A program made the position numbers and the translations under genes. Source: a bacterium (lineage in GTDB: Bacteria; RBG-13-61-14; DATKZS01). From it: a stretch of 64,000 nucleotides of DNA. Location of the stretch: NCBI GenBank assembly GCA_963674965.2, contig CAXXFL010000005.1:256001-320000 (forward strand), given 5' to 3'. Shown here piece after piece: positions 1 through 10,026 of this stretch (its first letter is position 1; the number at the start of each line of letters is the position of its first letter). Under the pieces are notes generated by a model. That model had not been told where the DNA came from. It did no database searches and saw only the letters and a program-made list of their open reading frames with translations.

Positions 1-58
1 AGCGGAAAGAACTGCGCGGAGCCGGCGCGCTCCCAATCGGATTCCCGGCCCGGGCCCC

Positions 59-1102
59 TCACCTGATCTTTTTGAAGAACCTTTCCCAGCGAGGAAGATA
101 ATGCCTATCCGGATCGAGGGGCAGGTGAATGTAATTGGCCGTGCCCTTGAGGTGACTCAGGGGCACGAAGCCCCACGAGCGGCTGTCATAAGAGCAGTCG
201 CGGTTGTCGCCCATCATGAGGAGCATGCCCTCGGGGACCTCCGTCGGCCCATAATAATAATAAGGCGACGACACGTGTCTCGGGTCGCAGTGGAGAACGG
301 AATGGACCCTTATGTCCCCGTCGCTTTCAAGGTCCTCCTCATAAAGCTTGTACTTGGAACAGCACCCGCCGTGCTCGCCCAACGGGCCGTCGTAATCCCC
401 GACCATCACGTCCCTTTGCATCTTGTCGTTCACGTAGAGTCTTCCGTCGGCTATTTTGATCTTGTCACCGGGCAGGCCGATCACGCGCTTGATATAGGCA
501 TCCTTCGAGTCGCCCGGCCGCCTGGGGTCGCGGGGAAAGAGGAAAACCACCACCTCGCCCCGCTTGGGAAGTCGTCTTATCCAGAGCTTCTTGGCCAGGA
601 TGACCAGCTTGTGCCCGCCTATGTTGAACTCATACCGGGGCGAGCCCTCCTTATGCATTTTCGCGATCCCCTCGTCGGAAAAATCGGGGTCCAGCCTGGG
701 TACCCATATCGAGGGCCCGAAGACCATCTTGTTGACCAAAAGCTGATCGCCAATAAGGAGGGTCGGGATCATGGACCCCGAGGGTATGCGGAAGGGCTCG
801 AACACCAGCCACCGGATGGTAAGGGCGATGGTCAGCGCGATAACCAGGGCCTTGAAGGTTTCCCACGCGGCGTTGGGACGGTAGGGAAGAAGGAACTCGT
901 CCACGTGGGAGGAGTATCGGTCGAGGATTTTCTCGAGGTCCTCATCCGAGCCGGATTTATAGGCCCGCCTCAACTCGTCCCCCAGCTTCTCGGCCTTGTC
1001 CACCGCGTCCTGGTCCGCGCCCTTCTTTCTCGACCGCTTGAGAACAAGACGCATGTCCTCGAGTTCCCTTTTTGCCCGCTTCTTAACCGCGCGATCGCTC
1101 AT
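59..1102 (-). CDS. lepB: Signal peptidase I with N-terminal helical extension
   Basis: TM segment then PFRIPSGSMIPTLLIGD (catalytic Ser), YIKRVIGLPGD (catalytic Lys) and MGDNRDCSYDSRSWGFVP boxes. Confidence 0.95.
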   Translation of the reverse strand: MSDRAVKKRAKRELEDMRLVLKRSRKKGADQDAVDKAEKLGDELRRAYKSGSDEDLEKILDRYSSHVDEFLLPYRPNAAWETFKALVIALTIALTIRWLVFEPFRIPSGSMIPTLLIGDQLLVNKMVFGPSIWVPRLDPDFSDEGIAKMHKEGSPRYEFNIGGHKLVILAKKLWIRRLPKRGEVVVFLFPRDPRRPGDSKDAYIKRVIGLPGDKIKIADGRLYVNDKMQRDVMVGDYDGPLGEHGGCCSKYKLYEEDLESDGDIRVHSVLHCDPRHVSSPYYYYGPTEVPEGMLLMMGDNRDCSYDSRSWGFVPLSHLKGTANYIHLPLDPDRHYLPRWERFFKKIR

Positions 1103-1187
1103 AAATAATTCAGCCTCCGTTAAGTCACTTTAACGCGTTCCGCGTCGGTCCCATTATACGGCCAAAACCGCGCCTGAATAAATCGGC

Positions 1188-2174
1188 TCACGATCGGGAC
1201 TTGAACCCGGGGTTGACGCACCAGGGCGGGACCTCTCCGCGCATTCCCGCCAGGAGGTTTTGCGCGGCCATCTGGGACATGGTGTCCCTCGTCTCGATAC
1301 TGGCGCTTCCCAGGTGAGGAAGGAGGACCACGTTGTCCAGGTCCACAAGTCCCGGCGTCAACTCGGGCTCGAGCTCGTACACGTCGAACCCGGCGCCGGC
1401 TATTCTTTTTTCCCTCAAGGCCCTGACCAGGGCGGCCTCATCCACCACCGGTCCCCTCGCCGCGTTGATCAGGTAGGCGGCCGGCTTCATGAGCGCCAGT
1501 TGTTCCTCTCCTATCATGTGCCTCGACTCGTGGTTGAGAGGGCAATGGAGGGTCAGGTAGTCGGAGTTTTTAATAAGGTCCTCGAGGCCGGAGTAAGCCG
1601 CGGGGATGGCCGACTCTTCCTCCGGCGCCAGGCGCCTTCGGTTGTGGTAGATCACCTTCATGCCAAAGCCGATGGCCCTTCTTGCCACGGCCCGTCCGAT
1701 CCTGCCCATGCCGATTACGCCAATGGTCTTGTCTTTGAAGTCGCCGCCCACCAAAAGGGTCGGGCTCCAGCCCCGGAACTTTCCCGCCCGGGTCATGGCG
1801 TCGCCGGGAACGATCCCCCTCGCGACCGCGAGGATAAGGGCCCAGGTGAGGTCGGCCGTGGCCTCGGTGAGCACGCCCGGCGTGTGACCCACCGCCACGC
1901 CCCGGCGAGTGGCCTCGGCCACGTCGATGTTGTCATAACCGACGGCCATGGTCGAGATGCACTTGAGACCGGGTCCGGCCGCGTCCATTACCTCCTTGTC
2001 CATGGGGTCGGTCAGAAGGCAGGCTATGCCGTCCACTCCCTCGGCCATCTCGAGAAGAGTTTGCCTCGGGATGGGAAGGTCCTCCGCCCAAAGGACCAAA
2101 TCGCATTCGTCCGCCAGCATGGCCATGCCCTTGTCAGGCGGCCTTCTGGTTACCAGCGCCTTCCACTTCTTCAC
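1188..2174 (-). CDS. D-isomer 2-hydroxyacid dehydrogenase (glyoxylate/hydroxypyruvate reductase, GyaR-like)
   Basis: AVGYDNID, TPGVLTEATAD, GMGRIG Rossmann motif, INAARG, PHLGSA. Confidence 0.92.
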   Translation of the reverse strand: MKKWKALVTRRPPDKGMAMLADECDLVLWAEDLPIPRQTLLEMAEGVDGIACLLTDPMDKEVMDAAGPGLKCISTMAVGYDNIDVAEATRRGVAVGHTPGVLTEATADLTWALILAVARGIVPGDAMTRAGKFRGWSPTLLVGGDFKDKTIGVIGMGRIGRAVARRAIGFGMKVIYHNRRRLAPEEESAIPAAYSGLEDLIKNSDYLTLHCPLNHESRHMIGEEQLALMKPAAYLINAARGPVVDEAALVRALREKRIAGAGFDVYELEPELTPGLVDLDNVVLLPHLGSASIETRDTMSQMAAQNLLAGMRGEVPPWCVNPGFKSRS

Positions 2175-2204
2175 TTGATGCTCCAGCCTTGATATGGCGG
2201 CGGT

Positions 2205-3287
2205 TCAATATTTCCCGAATTCCCTGGCGGCCTTGACCATGGCCACGTAGTTTTCCGGCTTCACTCCCGGGTGGATGGAGTTGGAGGAGCTTAAAATATA
2301 GCCGCCTCCGGGCGCGGCGGCCTTGATGGTTTCCTCCACGCTCTTTGTCACCTCCTCGGGCCCCTCGAAAACCAGAAGGTAGCTGCAATCGATATTGCCC
2401 AGGATGCATAGCCGGTCGCCGTACTTCTTTTTAATCTCTCCTATGTCCATGCACTGGGGCTGGATGGGATGGACGCCGTCGAACCCGGCCTCCATCAGGC
2501 TGGGGAAAAGGGGCTCGAGGTCGCCGTCGCTGTGCTTTACGATTTTGCTTCCCTTCGAGTGGACCAGGTCCACGATCTCCTTGTGGTATGGCCCGATGAA
2601 CTCGTCGTAATGGGCCGGGCTCATGATGGGTCCCCTGTTGTAGGCCAGGTCGCCGTCCATGAGTATCCAGTCCGTGCCCTTGTCGAAGGCTATCTCCACC
2701 ACCTCGAGGCAGTAGTCGGTGACGATCCGGGCCAGGGAGTGGGCCAGGTCCGGGTCCAGGATGTAGTCCATTAGCAGTTTCTCCATGGCGCCTCGAAGGG
2801 ACCAGGAAATCTTGAAGGTGGCCTGCATGTCGAAGGTTATGGCCTTGTCCGGAAAGGACGAGCGCAAAACGTCAAGCATGACGAAGTCCTCGTTCTGGGG
2901 CTTCCTCATCTTGAAGTTCTTAAGGTCCGACTTGTCGCGGATGGGACCGTCAACGGGCATGGGCTCGCCCACCTCGCTCAAATGATAAACCACGCCCATG
3001 CCGTCCTTCATGTGGTCCTTGTCCACCCTCTCCCTGCCCACGAGACCCATGGCGGTCACGCCGTCGAGATCGAGCTCGCGGGCGAAGGTCACCAGGCCGG
3101 CCAGGATCATGAACCTCTCCTGGTCCGTCATGTCCATTACCAGCTTGACCTCGGGCAGCTTGCCGGGCTCCATGAAGCGGCTGGCCAGCCCGATGATGGA
3201 GGCCTCGTTAAAGGCCAACTCCCAAATGGGAACCATGTCGGGTACGCCCCGGTCGAGAGCGGTCATGATCCTTTCCTTGTTATTCAT
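2205..3287 (-). CDS. Uroporphyrinogen decarboxylase / MtaA-CmuA methyltransferase family protein
   Basis: N-terminal KERIMTAL..PDMVP, HSDG, GNID, GGGYILSSSNSI..VKPEN; RBS AGGAG upstream. Confidence 0.85.
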   Translation of the reverse strand: MNNKERIMTALDRGVPDMVPIWELAFNEASIIGLASRFMEPGKLPEVKLVMDMTDQERFMILAGLVTFARELDLDGVTAMGLVGRERVDKDHMKDGMGVVYHLSEVGEPMPVDGPIRDKSDLKNFKMRKPQNEDFVMLDVLRSSFPDKAITFDMQATFKISWSLRGAMEKLLMDYILDPDLAHSLARIVTDYCLEVVEIAFDKGTDWILMDGDLAYNRGPIMSPAHYDEFIGPYHKEIVDLVHSKGSKIVKHSDGDLEPLFPSLMEAGFDGVHPIQPQCMDIGEIKKKYGDRLCILGNIDCSYLLVFEGPEEVTKSVEETIKAAAPGGGYILSSSNSIHPGVKPENYVAMVKAAREFGKY

Positions 3288-3473
3288 CGCTTGTCTCCTC
3301 CTTAAGACCGCGGGGTTGCCCCTCCGCGGTCTCCGAATACACGGCGCCAGGTTAACGGGGACGTTCCCCTACCCTCATCCAGCGGCTCAAACCGCGCGGA
3401 CAGGCGAGCTATCCGCGCCACCTATATTTTCTTTTCTTTTATTTTATGAAGACTTAATTGTCAAACGCGAAAT

Positions 3474-3505
3474 AAAAAAGGCCCGGCTTGCTTTAGCCGG
3501 GCCTT
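3474..3505 (-). terminator. Rho-independent terminator downstream of the lipoprotein gene at 3532-4020
   Basis: Stem AAGGCCCGGCT/AGCCGGGCCTT followed by a T run on the minus strand. Confidence 0.75.
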
Positions 3506-3531
3506 GGATCGATTAAAATCGCGAGAACGCT

Positions 3532-4020
3532 TTAGATGTCCACCTTAACTCTTTTACACTTGGCAACGGCCTGCTTGGTTTCTTCCTCGCTGATCCGCAC
3601 CAGCTTGGTTTTGGTCTTGGTGTCCTCCTCCTTGGCCTCCTGCTTTAAATAGTACGTCTTGTCGGCCTCGGCCTTGACGGTGATGCTGGACTTGTTGACC
3701 GATTCCGAAACCACGGTGTGGCTGCCGGGATCAACCTGCTTGACCAGGTATTTGCCGCCTACCAGGGTCCCTACTTCCTCGCCGTCAATAAGGACCTTGA
3801 AGGGAACTTCCCCGCTTTTCATATCCGGCCGGACCACGTAAATCAGGGCCTTGCCCGGGTCGGGCTCGTCCAGCTTCACGCCCTTGGCCACGATCTGGTT
3901 GGCGCCTTCCGGCGGCTCCTTGGGCTGCTCCACGTCGGGCTTGGTGCTGGTGGCGGGGCATCCGCCCGCTAAAAGTGCAACGGCGGCCAGGGCCAGGATT
4001 AACGATCTATAAACTCTCAT
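3532..4020 (-). CDS. Lipoprotein, DUF2846-like
   Basis: Lipobox LLAGGC; GKALIYVVRP..GKYL..VDPGSHTV..KTYYLKQ pattern. Confidence 0.75.
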   Translation of the reverse strand: MRVYRSLILALAAVALLAGGCPATSTKPDVEQPKEPPEGANQIVAKGVKLDEPDPGKALIYVVRPDMKSGEVPFKVLIDGEEVGTLVGGKYLVKQVDPGSHTVVSESVNKSSITVKAEADKTYYLKQEAKEEDTKTKTKLVRISEEETKQAVAKCKRVKVDI

Positions 4021-4330
4021 TCATTTCCTCCTTGTGCGTTTCCTCGAAAAATGGGCCGCAACCGGCCTCCCAAACGGACTTCATTATATAATCAGGCGGC
4101 CTTTTTCGCAAAAGAGCGCTCCTGGGGCGAGGGGCGTCTTTGAACGATATGGCCGGGAATCCGGGACCCGGGGCTTGCCATCATGGCCATATGGTCTATA
4201 ATAATGACTCCAGCGCGTTTGATTGTCACGGACAATTCGGCGAGTTTTATCTTCGACCCGGTGAGTCGGAGGCGCGCTATCCATCAGCGGGGAAAAGATT
4301 CGATAGAGTTGAAATAATCTAGGAGGAGAC

Positions 4331-5158
4331 ATGAAAAGGTTTGAAAACGTTTGGTTTATAGCGGCGGCGTTTTGTTTCGCCCTGGTATTGGCGCTTGGTA
4401 CGGGCTGCGGCAAGGACAAGCCCAAAGATAGCGGCGGTTCCGCCGGCGGCCCGGCGGCCCACGCCCCGGCTGGTGGATCGCCTTCGGCTCCCGCCGGCGC
4501 TCCCGACGCGGGTCAGGCGGGCAAGTCCTCGGGCGGCGACATGACCGCTTACCACTACGTGATGGAGGGCAGCCATCCGGTGGAGGGTAAAAACCGTATC
4601 GACATGAAGGTGGCGGACGGCGGCAAGAAGACGAACGTGCAGATGAGCCACATGGAGAACGGCCAGTGGGTAGTGGACATGTACATGATATCCGACGGCC
4701 AGTTTTCCTATCTTATGGACCCGAAAGCCAAAACCGCCATCAAGGCGCCCATTAACGAGGAAGCCATGGAAAACATGCCCGAGGGCATGATGGAGGCCCC
4801 GACCTGGGACTCCTTCCTCGAGCAGACCCCCGGCGTTAACGCCTCGGAAAAGGGTTCCGAAACCATCAACGGCGTCAAGACCAAGGTTTACGAAATCTCC
4901 ATGGAGGGCAACGTGGCCAAGTACTACGTGGATTCGGACAATATCATCCGCCGCATCTCGGGCAAGGAAGAGGGCGTCGAGGGAGAGATGGTAATGGACG
5001 TGGTTACCTTTGACAAGTCTCCCAAATTCTCGGAAGCCGATTTCACTCCCCCCGCGGGTTACCAGATCATGGACATGTCCAAAATGATGGAAGGCATGGG
5101 CATGCCCGAGGGCATGGAACTCCCCGAGGGCGTGGAAATGCCCGACATGCCTCAATAA
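4331..5158 (+). CDS. Lipoprotein, DUF4412/LolA-like beta fold, with Pro/Ala/Gly linker and Met-rich tail
   Basis: RBS AGGAGGAG; lipobox LGTGC; GSETINGVKTKVYE and DFTPPAGY motifs. Confidence 0.7.
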   Translation: MKRFENVWFIAAAFCFALVLALGTGCGKDKPKDSGGSAGGPAAHAPAGGSPSAPAGAPDAGQAGKSSGGDMTAYHYVMEGSHPVEGKNRIDMKVADGGKKTNVQMSHMENGQWVVDMYMISDGQFSYLMDPKAKTAIKAPINEEAMENMPEGMMEAPTWDSFLEQTPGVNASEKGSETINGVKTKVYEISMEGNVAKYYVDSDNIIRRISGKEEGVEGEMVMDVVTFDKSPKFSEADFTPPAGYQIMDMSKMMEGMGMPEGMELPEGVEMPDMPQ

Positions 5159-5178
5159 AAATAAAGTCTTCAATTCGG

Positions 5179-5209
5179 CGGCCCTTGCCATTGGCGGGGG
5201 CCGTTTTTT
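5179..5209 (+). terminator. Rho-independent terminator
   Basis: CGGCCCTTGCCA / TGGCGGGGGCCG stem followed by TTTTTT just after the stop at 5158. Confidence 0.7.
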
Positions 5210-5461
5210 CGTATTCATCGTTTTCAGTTGAATCCCGGCGCGGGTGGGCGGCATCATAAGTTACGGGCATGGTTGGCTTCGTTCTTTAACTGGTTGTAAA
5301 CAATTTAAATTAGCGGTCGTACGGAAAAAAGTAGAAAAGGGCTTGCATTCCCATGCAAAATGTGTGTATATTTGGGTTTCGCGGGTTTATCCCGCTTTAA
5401 ATGCAGTGCCAAATCAAGTCAACTTTTTTTAGACCGGGCCTTATTATTTTAAAGAAAATAC

Positions 5462-5491
5462 TTGCAAACCAAACATAACTTGGTGTATAAT
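5462..5491 (+). promoter_or_regulatory. Putative sigma70 promoter of the M23 peptidase; a second similar element lies near 5343-5372
   Basis: TTGCAA-N18-TATAAT in an AT-rich intergenic region. Confidence 0.5.
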
Positions 5492-5619
5492 TAGTTAAAA
5501 TTAATTTTCAGGCCTGGTGAGAACTTACGCGGAAGTGGAAGCGAATTGGGGGCGCGGTGCTCGGCGATGAACGCGATATCATGTTGACTGGTTGGTTACG
5601 CTAGGAAAGGGGCTACAAC

Positions 5620-7098
5620 GTGGGAATCAGACTGGCTGCTACACCGGTGGACAGAAGGCCTGCGGGCGCGATTAAAAGACGCCCGAAATCTTTCTTTACC
5701 GATTTCAGCTTTTCCAGACGCGGGACCTACCTTCTTTACGCGCTCGGAATTTGTCTCTTCGTATACGCCGTAATCGGACTGACCAAACTTTCGGCCATGT
5801 CCGAGGCCAAAGCCGCTCCCATGTATGGCATGGGCGGCATCATGGAGAGCCCCGCGGCACAAGAGTGGGAGGAACAAAAGGACGAGGCGGTCGAGTCCCA
5901 GTTAAAACAGTATTCCTACACCATCGCCACCAATGACAACCTCTATACGGCCCTTCAATGTTTCGGGGTCACCCAGGCCCAGATACTGAACTGGTGCGAG
6001 GTGGCCAAGGACGTGTACGATCTTGGCAACTTAAAGCCCGGCCAGTCTTTCAACCTTTACGAGGCCGATGACAACCAATACTGCAAGCTCGAGTTCAACA
6101 TCAACAAGACCGAGCGGCTTATCATCGAGAAAGACGAGGACTCGGGGAAGTTCGCGGCGCGGCGGGAAAAGTTCGATAGCCCGGAGGGTCCTCCTGAGAT
6201 AGACGGCTCTCAAATAACGACCTCGATCACCGACGCGGCCCCCAACTGGGTGGACCCGCAAACCGGCTATTGCTATTACCGGGGCACGGTAAAGGGGACC
6301 TTTTACGAGTCGGCCGTTCGCGCCGGCATGTCGCCGGGCAAGACCATGGCCATGATCAGGGTATTCTCGGCCGTGAACTTCAGCCGCGACCTTCGCGACG
6401 GCGACAATTTCAGCGTGCTGGTGGGACCGTCCGAGTCCCCGGACAAAGAAGGTCTCATCCTGGCCGCCATGGTCGAGGCCAGGGGAAAGCCCCATTACAT
6501 TTTCCGGTACGAGCAGGACGGACAATCCTATTATTTCGACGAGAGCGGGACCTCGAGGAAGAAAGCCAACCTCATCTGTCCCCTCCGTTACAACAGGATA
6601 TCCTCGCCTTTCACCGAGAAGCGGTTCCATCCCGTCCTTAAGAAATATCGGCCCCATCACGGCGTGGACTACGCCGCCCCCGTCGGGACGCCGGTCAAGG
6701 CCGCGGCCGACGGCGTCATCACCAGGATCGGCTACAGGGGAGGATACGGGAAAGCCATCGAGATAAAGCACAATAAAACCTACACCACCCATTACGCTCA
6801 CCTCTCGAGATACGCCGGCGGCATGAAGGCGGGCAAGAAGGTCTCCCAGGGCCAGGTCATCGGGTACGTGGGGTCCTCGGGCCTCTCCACCGGCCCTCAC
6901 CTGGATTACAGGGTCTATAAAAACGGGGTCGCCGTCAATCCCCTCAAGGTCACCTCCATGCCGGGACCGTCGGTCAAGGACCGGGCCGGCTTTAATAAAG
7001 TCACGGCCGGCATGAAAACCGAGCTTGCAAAGCCCCTTCCAATGGGACCCGGCAAGCCCTGGCCCGCGGCCCCCGACGCGGTCGCCAAGGCCAATTAA
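5620..7098 (+). CDS. M23 family peptidoglycan DD-endopeptidase (MepM/Csd3-like) with N-terminal anchor
   Basis: RISSPF..RFHPV..HHGVDYAAP (HxxxD), YAHLS, STGPHLDY. Confidence 0.92.
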   Translation: MGIRLAATPVDRRPAGAIKRRPKSFFTDFSFSRRGTYLLYALGICLFVYAVIGLTKLSAMSEAKAAPMYGMGGIMESPAAQEWEEQKDEAVESQLKQYSYTIATNDNLYTALQCFGVTQAQILNWCEVAKDVYDLGNLKPGQSFNLYEADDNQYCKLEFNINKTERLIIEKDEDSGKFAARREKFDSPEGPPEIDGSQITTSITDAAPNWVDPQTGYCYYRGTVKGTFYESAVRAGMSPGKTMAMIRVFSAVNFSRDLRDGDNFSVLVGPSESPDKEGLILAAMVEARGKPHYIFRYEQDGQSYYFDESGTSRKKANLICPLRYNRISSPFTEKRFHPVLKKYRPHHGVDYAAPVGTPVKAAADGVITRIGYRGGYGKAIEIKHNKTYTTHYAHLSRYAGGMKAGKKVSQGQVIGYVGSSGLSTGPHLDYRVYKNGVAVNPLKVTSMPGPSVKDRAGFNKVTAGMKTELAKPLPMGPGKPWPAAPDAVAKAN

Positions 7099-7260
7099 GC
7101 TCTCCACGATAAAATCCCGTCCCCGCGGGCATATCCGGACAATACCTGATACAATGAATTGGCGAACGTCGTTTCGCCGCCCTTGATAACAAGGGGCCTA
7201 ATTCAATAGATCGGGCCGGACCTCACGCGGTTGTCCCGCCGCGATCGCGGGGAGAAGAAG

Positions 7261-7920
7261 TTGATCCTTGATCTTCACGTCCATTCCAAATACTCGATCG
7301 ACAGCCCGGTAAAGCCGGAGGAGTACGCCAGGCTGATTATCGAGTCCCGGGACGAGTACCATCTTGACGGCTTTATTTTAATGGAGCACAACTACTGGGT
7401 CACCGACGACGACGAGGACCTGGCCGCCCTTTCCTCGGAGTATGGTTTGACCATCCTGGCGGGTTCCGAGGTGGATACCTTCTGGGGACACATGCTCGTC
7501 TACGGCATGACCGAAAAGGTGTATCGGACCGTTCGGGACGGCGAGAGAAGGAAGCAGGACCCCCAGGCCTTCGCCGAGCTTTGCCTCGAGGAAGGCGCCG
7601 CGCTGGTACCGGCCCACCCCTTCAGGGGATGGCTCGGGGCCGGAGACAGGGCCACCATGCTGGCCGGCGTCAAGGCCATCGAGGTCCTCAACGGCGCCAA
7701 CTCGGACCTGGAAAACCTGGCCGCCATGAAGCTGGCCTCCCGCCATGGGTTCTTCGGCACCGGGGGATCGGACGCCCACTTCCTGGCCGAGTTGGGAGCG
7801 GCCGCCACCTATTTCCCGGAGGACGTGAAGAACGTCGGCGACCTGGCGAGGATGATCAAACAAGGAAAGTGCAAGGCCATCGGCCGGGAAACGACCCTCT
7901 CGATGAGCGGCCGGGCCTAG
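7261..7920 (+). CDS. PHP-domain metal-dependent phosphoesterase
   Basis: DLHVHS, EHN, AHP, GGSDAH; TTG start after a purine-rich RBS. Confidence 0.85.
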   Translation: MILDLHVHSKYSIDSPVKPEEYARLIIESRDEYHLDGFILMEHNYWVTDDDEDLAALSSEYGLTILAGSEVDTFWGHMLVYGMTEKVYRTVRDGERRKQDPQAFAELCLEEGAALVPAHPFRGWLGAGDRATMLAGVKAIEVLNGANSDLENLAAMKLASRHGFFGTGGSDAHFLAELGAAATYFPEDVKNVGDLARMIKQGKCKAIGRETTLSMSGRA

Positions 7921-8027
7921 CCGGCCGGGCTTTCTTCAAGCCGTCTTTCCCGCCGTTGTCGCGTAAAAATCCGGACCGCCCCATTCAAGGCGGTCCGGTT
8001 GCAAAGGATTGCGCGCCGGGCGCTTGT

Positions 8028-8507
8028 TCAGGAAAACCTTTTGATGGTGGCGTAATATTTTACTCGGTTGAGAAGATGAAGATATGTCCCGTTCTTGACC
8101 AGATGATCGTCCGCGCCCGCGATCATGGCCAGCTTCTCCAACTCCTCGGCGTCCATGTCCGAATAAAGGATGGTAGTGGGAAGAACTCCCAGGTTCTTCT
8201 TTAAAACGTTGATGAGCTTCTCGCCCGTGATCGCCGGCATGTTGACGTCGAGCACGAGCACGTCGGGATCGAAGTCCCTGATTGTATTCGAGGCGCCGAT
8301 AACGTAGTCCAGACTCAGGACCTCGTAGCCCATGAGGTTGAACATGGCGCTCATGTCCGCGATCCTCATTCTGTCAGAATCGAGAATGCAGATCTTGATT
8401 CCATGGCCCGGGAAGCTGGAGGGTTTGGTGTGGCTTAAATATTTATGGTCCGGGGAATAATTTAATAACGGCTTCGAATCTTCGATTTTATTAATGGATT
8501 CTCTCAT
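8028..8507 (-). CDS. Single-domain response regulator (receiver) with N-terminal extension
   Basis: PDVLVLDVNMP phospho-acceptor motif, LYS, GADDHLVK. Confidence 0.85.
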   Translation of the reverse strand: MRESINKIEDSKPLLNYSPDHKYLSHTKPSSFPGHGIKICILDSDRMRIADMSAMFNLMGYEVLSLDYVIGASNTIRDFDPDVLVLDVNMPAITGEKLINVLKKNLGVLPTTILYSDMDAEELEKLAMIAGADDHLVKNGTYLHLLNRVKYYATIKRFS

Positions 8508-8607
8508 GGCTGTAAACTTCCTTGTAGCGGCGCCCGGGGTTAAAAGGTTTAGGCCCTATGTTGTATGTTGCAGGCTGACTTCCCATTGTTTAATTGCCTT
8601 TGTATAG

Positions 8608-8624
8608 TGCAAAGGCCTTGCCAA
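8608..8624 (-). promoter_or_regulatory. Putative sigma54 (-24/-12) promoter of the response regulator
   Basis: Minus strand reads TTGGCAAGGCCTTTGCA (GG-N10-GC), about 100 nt upstream of the ATG. Confidence 0.65.
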
Positions 8625-8807
8625 AATCCTTGCTCTTTTGTATATCGCTAAATCGCCGATATCTTTGTCATTATCAATATTGAGAGCGGGTTTTCTCTAT
8701 CTTTGCCATACCTTTTTGGAAGAGCAATGATGGGACTATTAGTTTTTTGAATAGCCTGGATAAGCTTGGAACAACTATTTACCGGGCGGTAAGGAAACTG
8801 AAAAATC

Positions 8808-10019
8808 TTACAAGTAAAGGCGGGCCACGCACTCGATATGCGCGGTCTGGGCGAACATGTCAAGCGGCGTGAGCGACTCGAGTCCGTACCCGGCGGCCGC
8901 TAGTATGGCCAGGTCCCGCGCCAGGGTGGCCGGGTCGCAGGAAATGTAAAGAATATGGGGAGGCTTAATCTCGGACAATAGGGCGACCTCCTCTTTGGCG
9001 CCCAGGCGGGGAGGGTCCAGGACGACCAGGTCCGGCCGCGCCTTGTCTCGGACCTCCGCGAGATATTCCCGGGCCGGGGCGTTGACGAAATCTACCCTTG
9101 CCTCGGAACTCCCGGAAAAACGCCGGCGGCCCAGCTCGGCGGCGGCCGGGTCGCTCTCCACCGCCGTCACCTTGACGCCTCGTCTCGCCAGCCGGCCAGT
9201 CAGGTTGCCCGAGCCGGCGAAAAGCTCGAGGACTTCGGAGGCCCCGGTCTCCTCGGCCGCCCGGCCCACCATCCGCTTCAGGTTCTCGTTCTGGCCCGGG
9301 TTGACCTGGGTGAAGGTCGGGACCAGGTCGGTACGTATCCAGTCCGGCCCCGCCGCGCCGGCCTCTCCCGGCCTGAATAAATAGTTCCGTTCTTCCCCGC
9401 GTCCGGACAAGTGGAGCAGCACCTTGCCGTCCTCCCGTAAGATGGGCTCGGCGCTGGAGGCGCGGACCGTGCCGAGCAGCCCCTTTATAAGGGGGATGAC
9501 CCGATTGATCTGCTCCACGGCCAGGGCGCACTCGTCAAGGGGCACGAGCTTTTCCTTGCCCCTCGAGTAGTATCCGACCTTTCCCTTTTCCGCGGCCAGC
9601 CTCACTCGGGACCTGTAGCCGTAGGCGAGGGGAGAGGGAACGCACGCTTCCGGCTCGATTTCGATTTTCGCGATCCGGGCCATGGTCTCGGCGAGGATGG
9701 ATTTTTTTATCTCGAGCTGGAGGGAGTACTCAGCGTGCTGGAGAGAGCACCCGCCGCATCGGCCGTACAGGGGGCAGTTGGGCTGGACCCGGCTTTGCGA
9801 GGGCTCGACGATCCTCGATATGGCGGCCCTTCTCGGACCCTTCCTGGCGGGAAGCAGCCTGAGCTCGACCTTTTCGCCCGGCAGGGAATAGGGAACGAAG
9901 ATCACGCCCGCCCGGTCGCGGGCAAGGCCGTCGCCCCCGCCCACTATCTTTTCTATATTGTAGGTACCGGTCCCCATAACGTCAGGCGGGAGTTTACGCG
10001 CCGGCTCCTTTTTTTGCAA
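8808..10019 (-). CDS. rlmD: 23S rRNA (uracil-5)-methyltransferase, RlmD/TrmA family
   Basis: TRAM-like N-terminus, CPLYGRCGGC Fe-S motif, FTQVN, LFAGSG, LDPPR, YISCDPATLARD, DMFAQTAHIE. Confidence 0.85.
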   Translation of the reverse strand: MQKKEPARKLPPDVMGTGTYNIEKIVGGGDGLARDRAGVIFVPYSLPGEKVELRLLPARKGPRRAAISRIVEPSQSRVQPNCPLYGRCGGCSLQHAEYSLQLEIKKSILAETMARIAKIEIEPEACVPSPLAYGYRSRVRLAAEKGKVGYYSRGKEKLVPLDECALAVEQINRVIPLIKGLLGTVRASSAEPILREDGKVLLHLSGRGEERNYLFRPGEAGAAGPDWIRTDLVPTFTQVNPGQNENLKRMVGRAAEETGASEVLELFAGSGNLTGRLARRGVKVTAVESDPAAAELGRRRFSGSSEARVDFVNAPAREYLAEVRDKARPDLVVLDPPRLGAKEEVALLSEIKPPHILYISCDPATLARDLAILAAAGYGLESLTPLDMFAQTAHIECVARLYL

Positions 10020-10026
10020 GCGGCGC

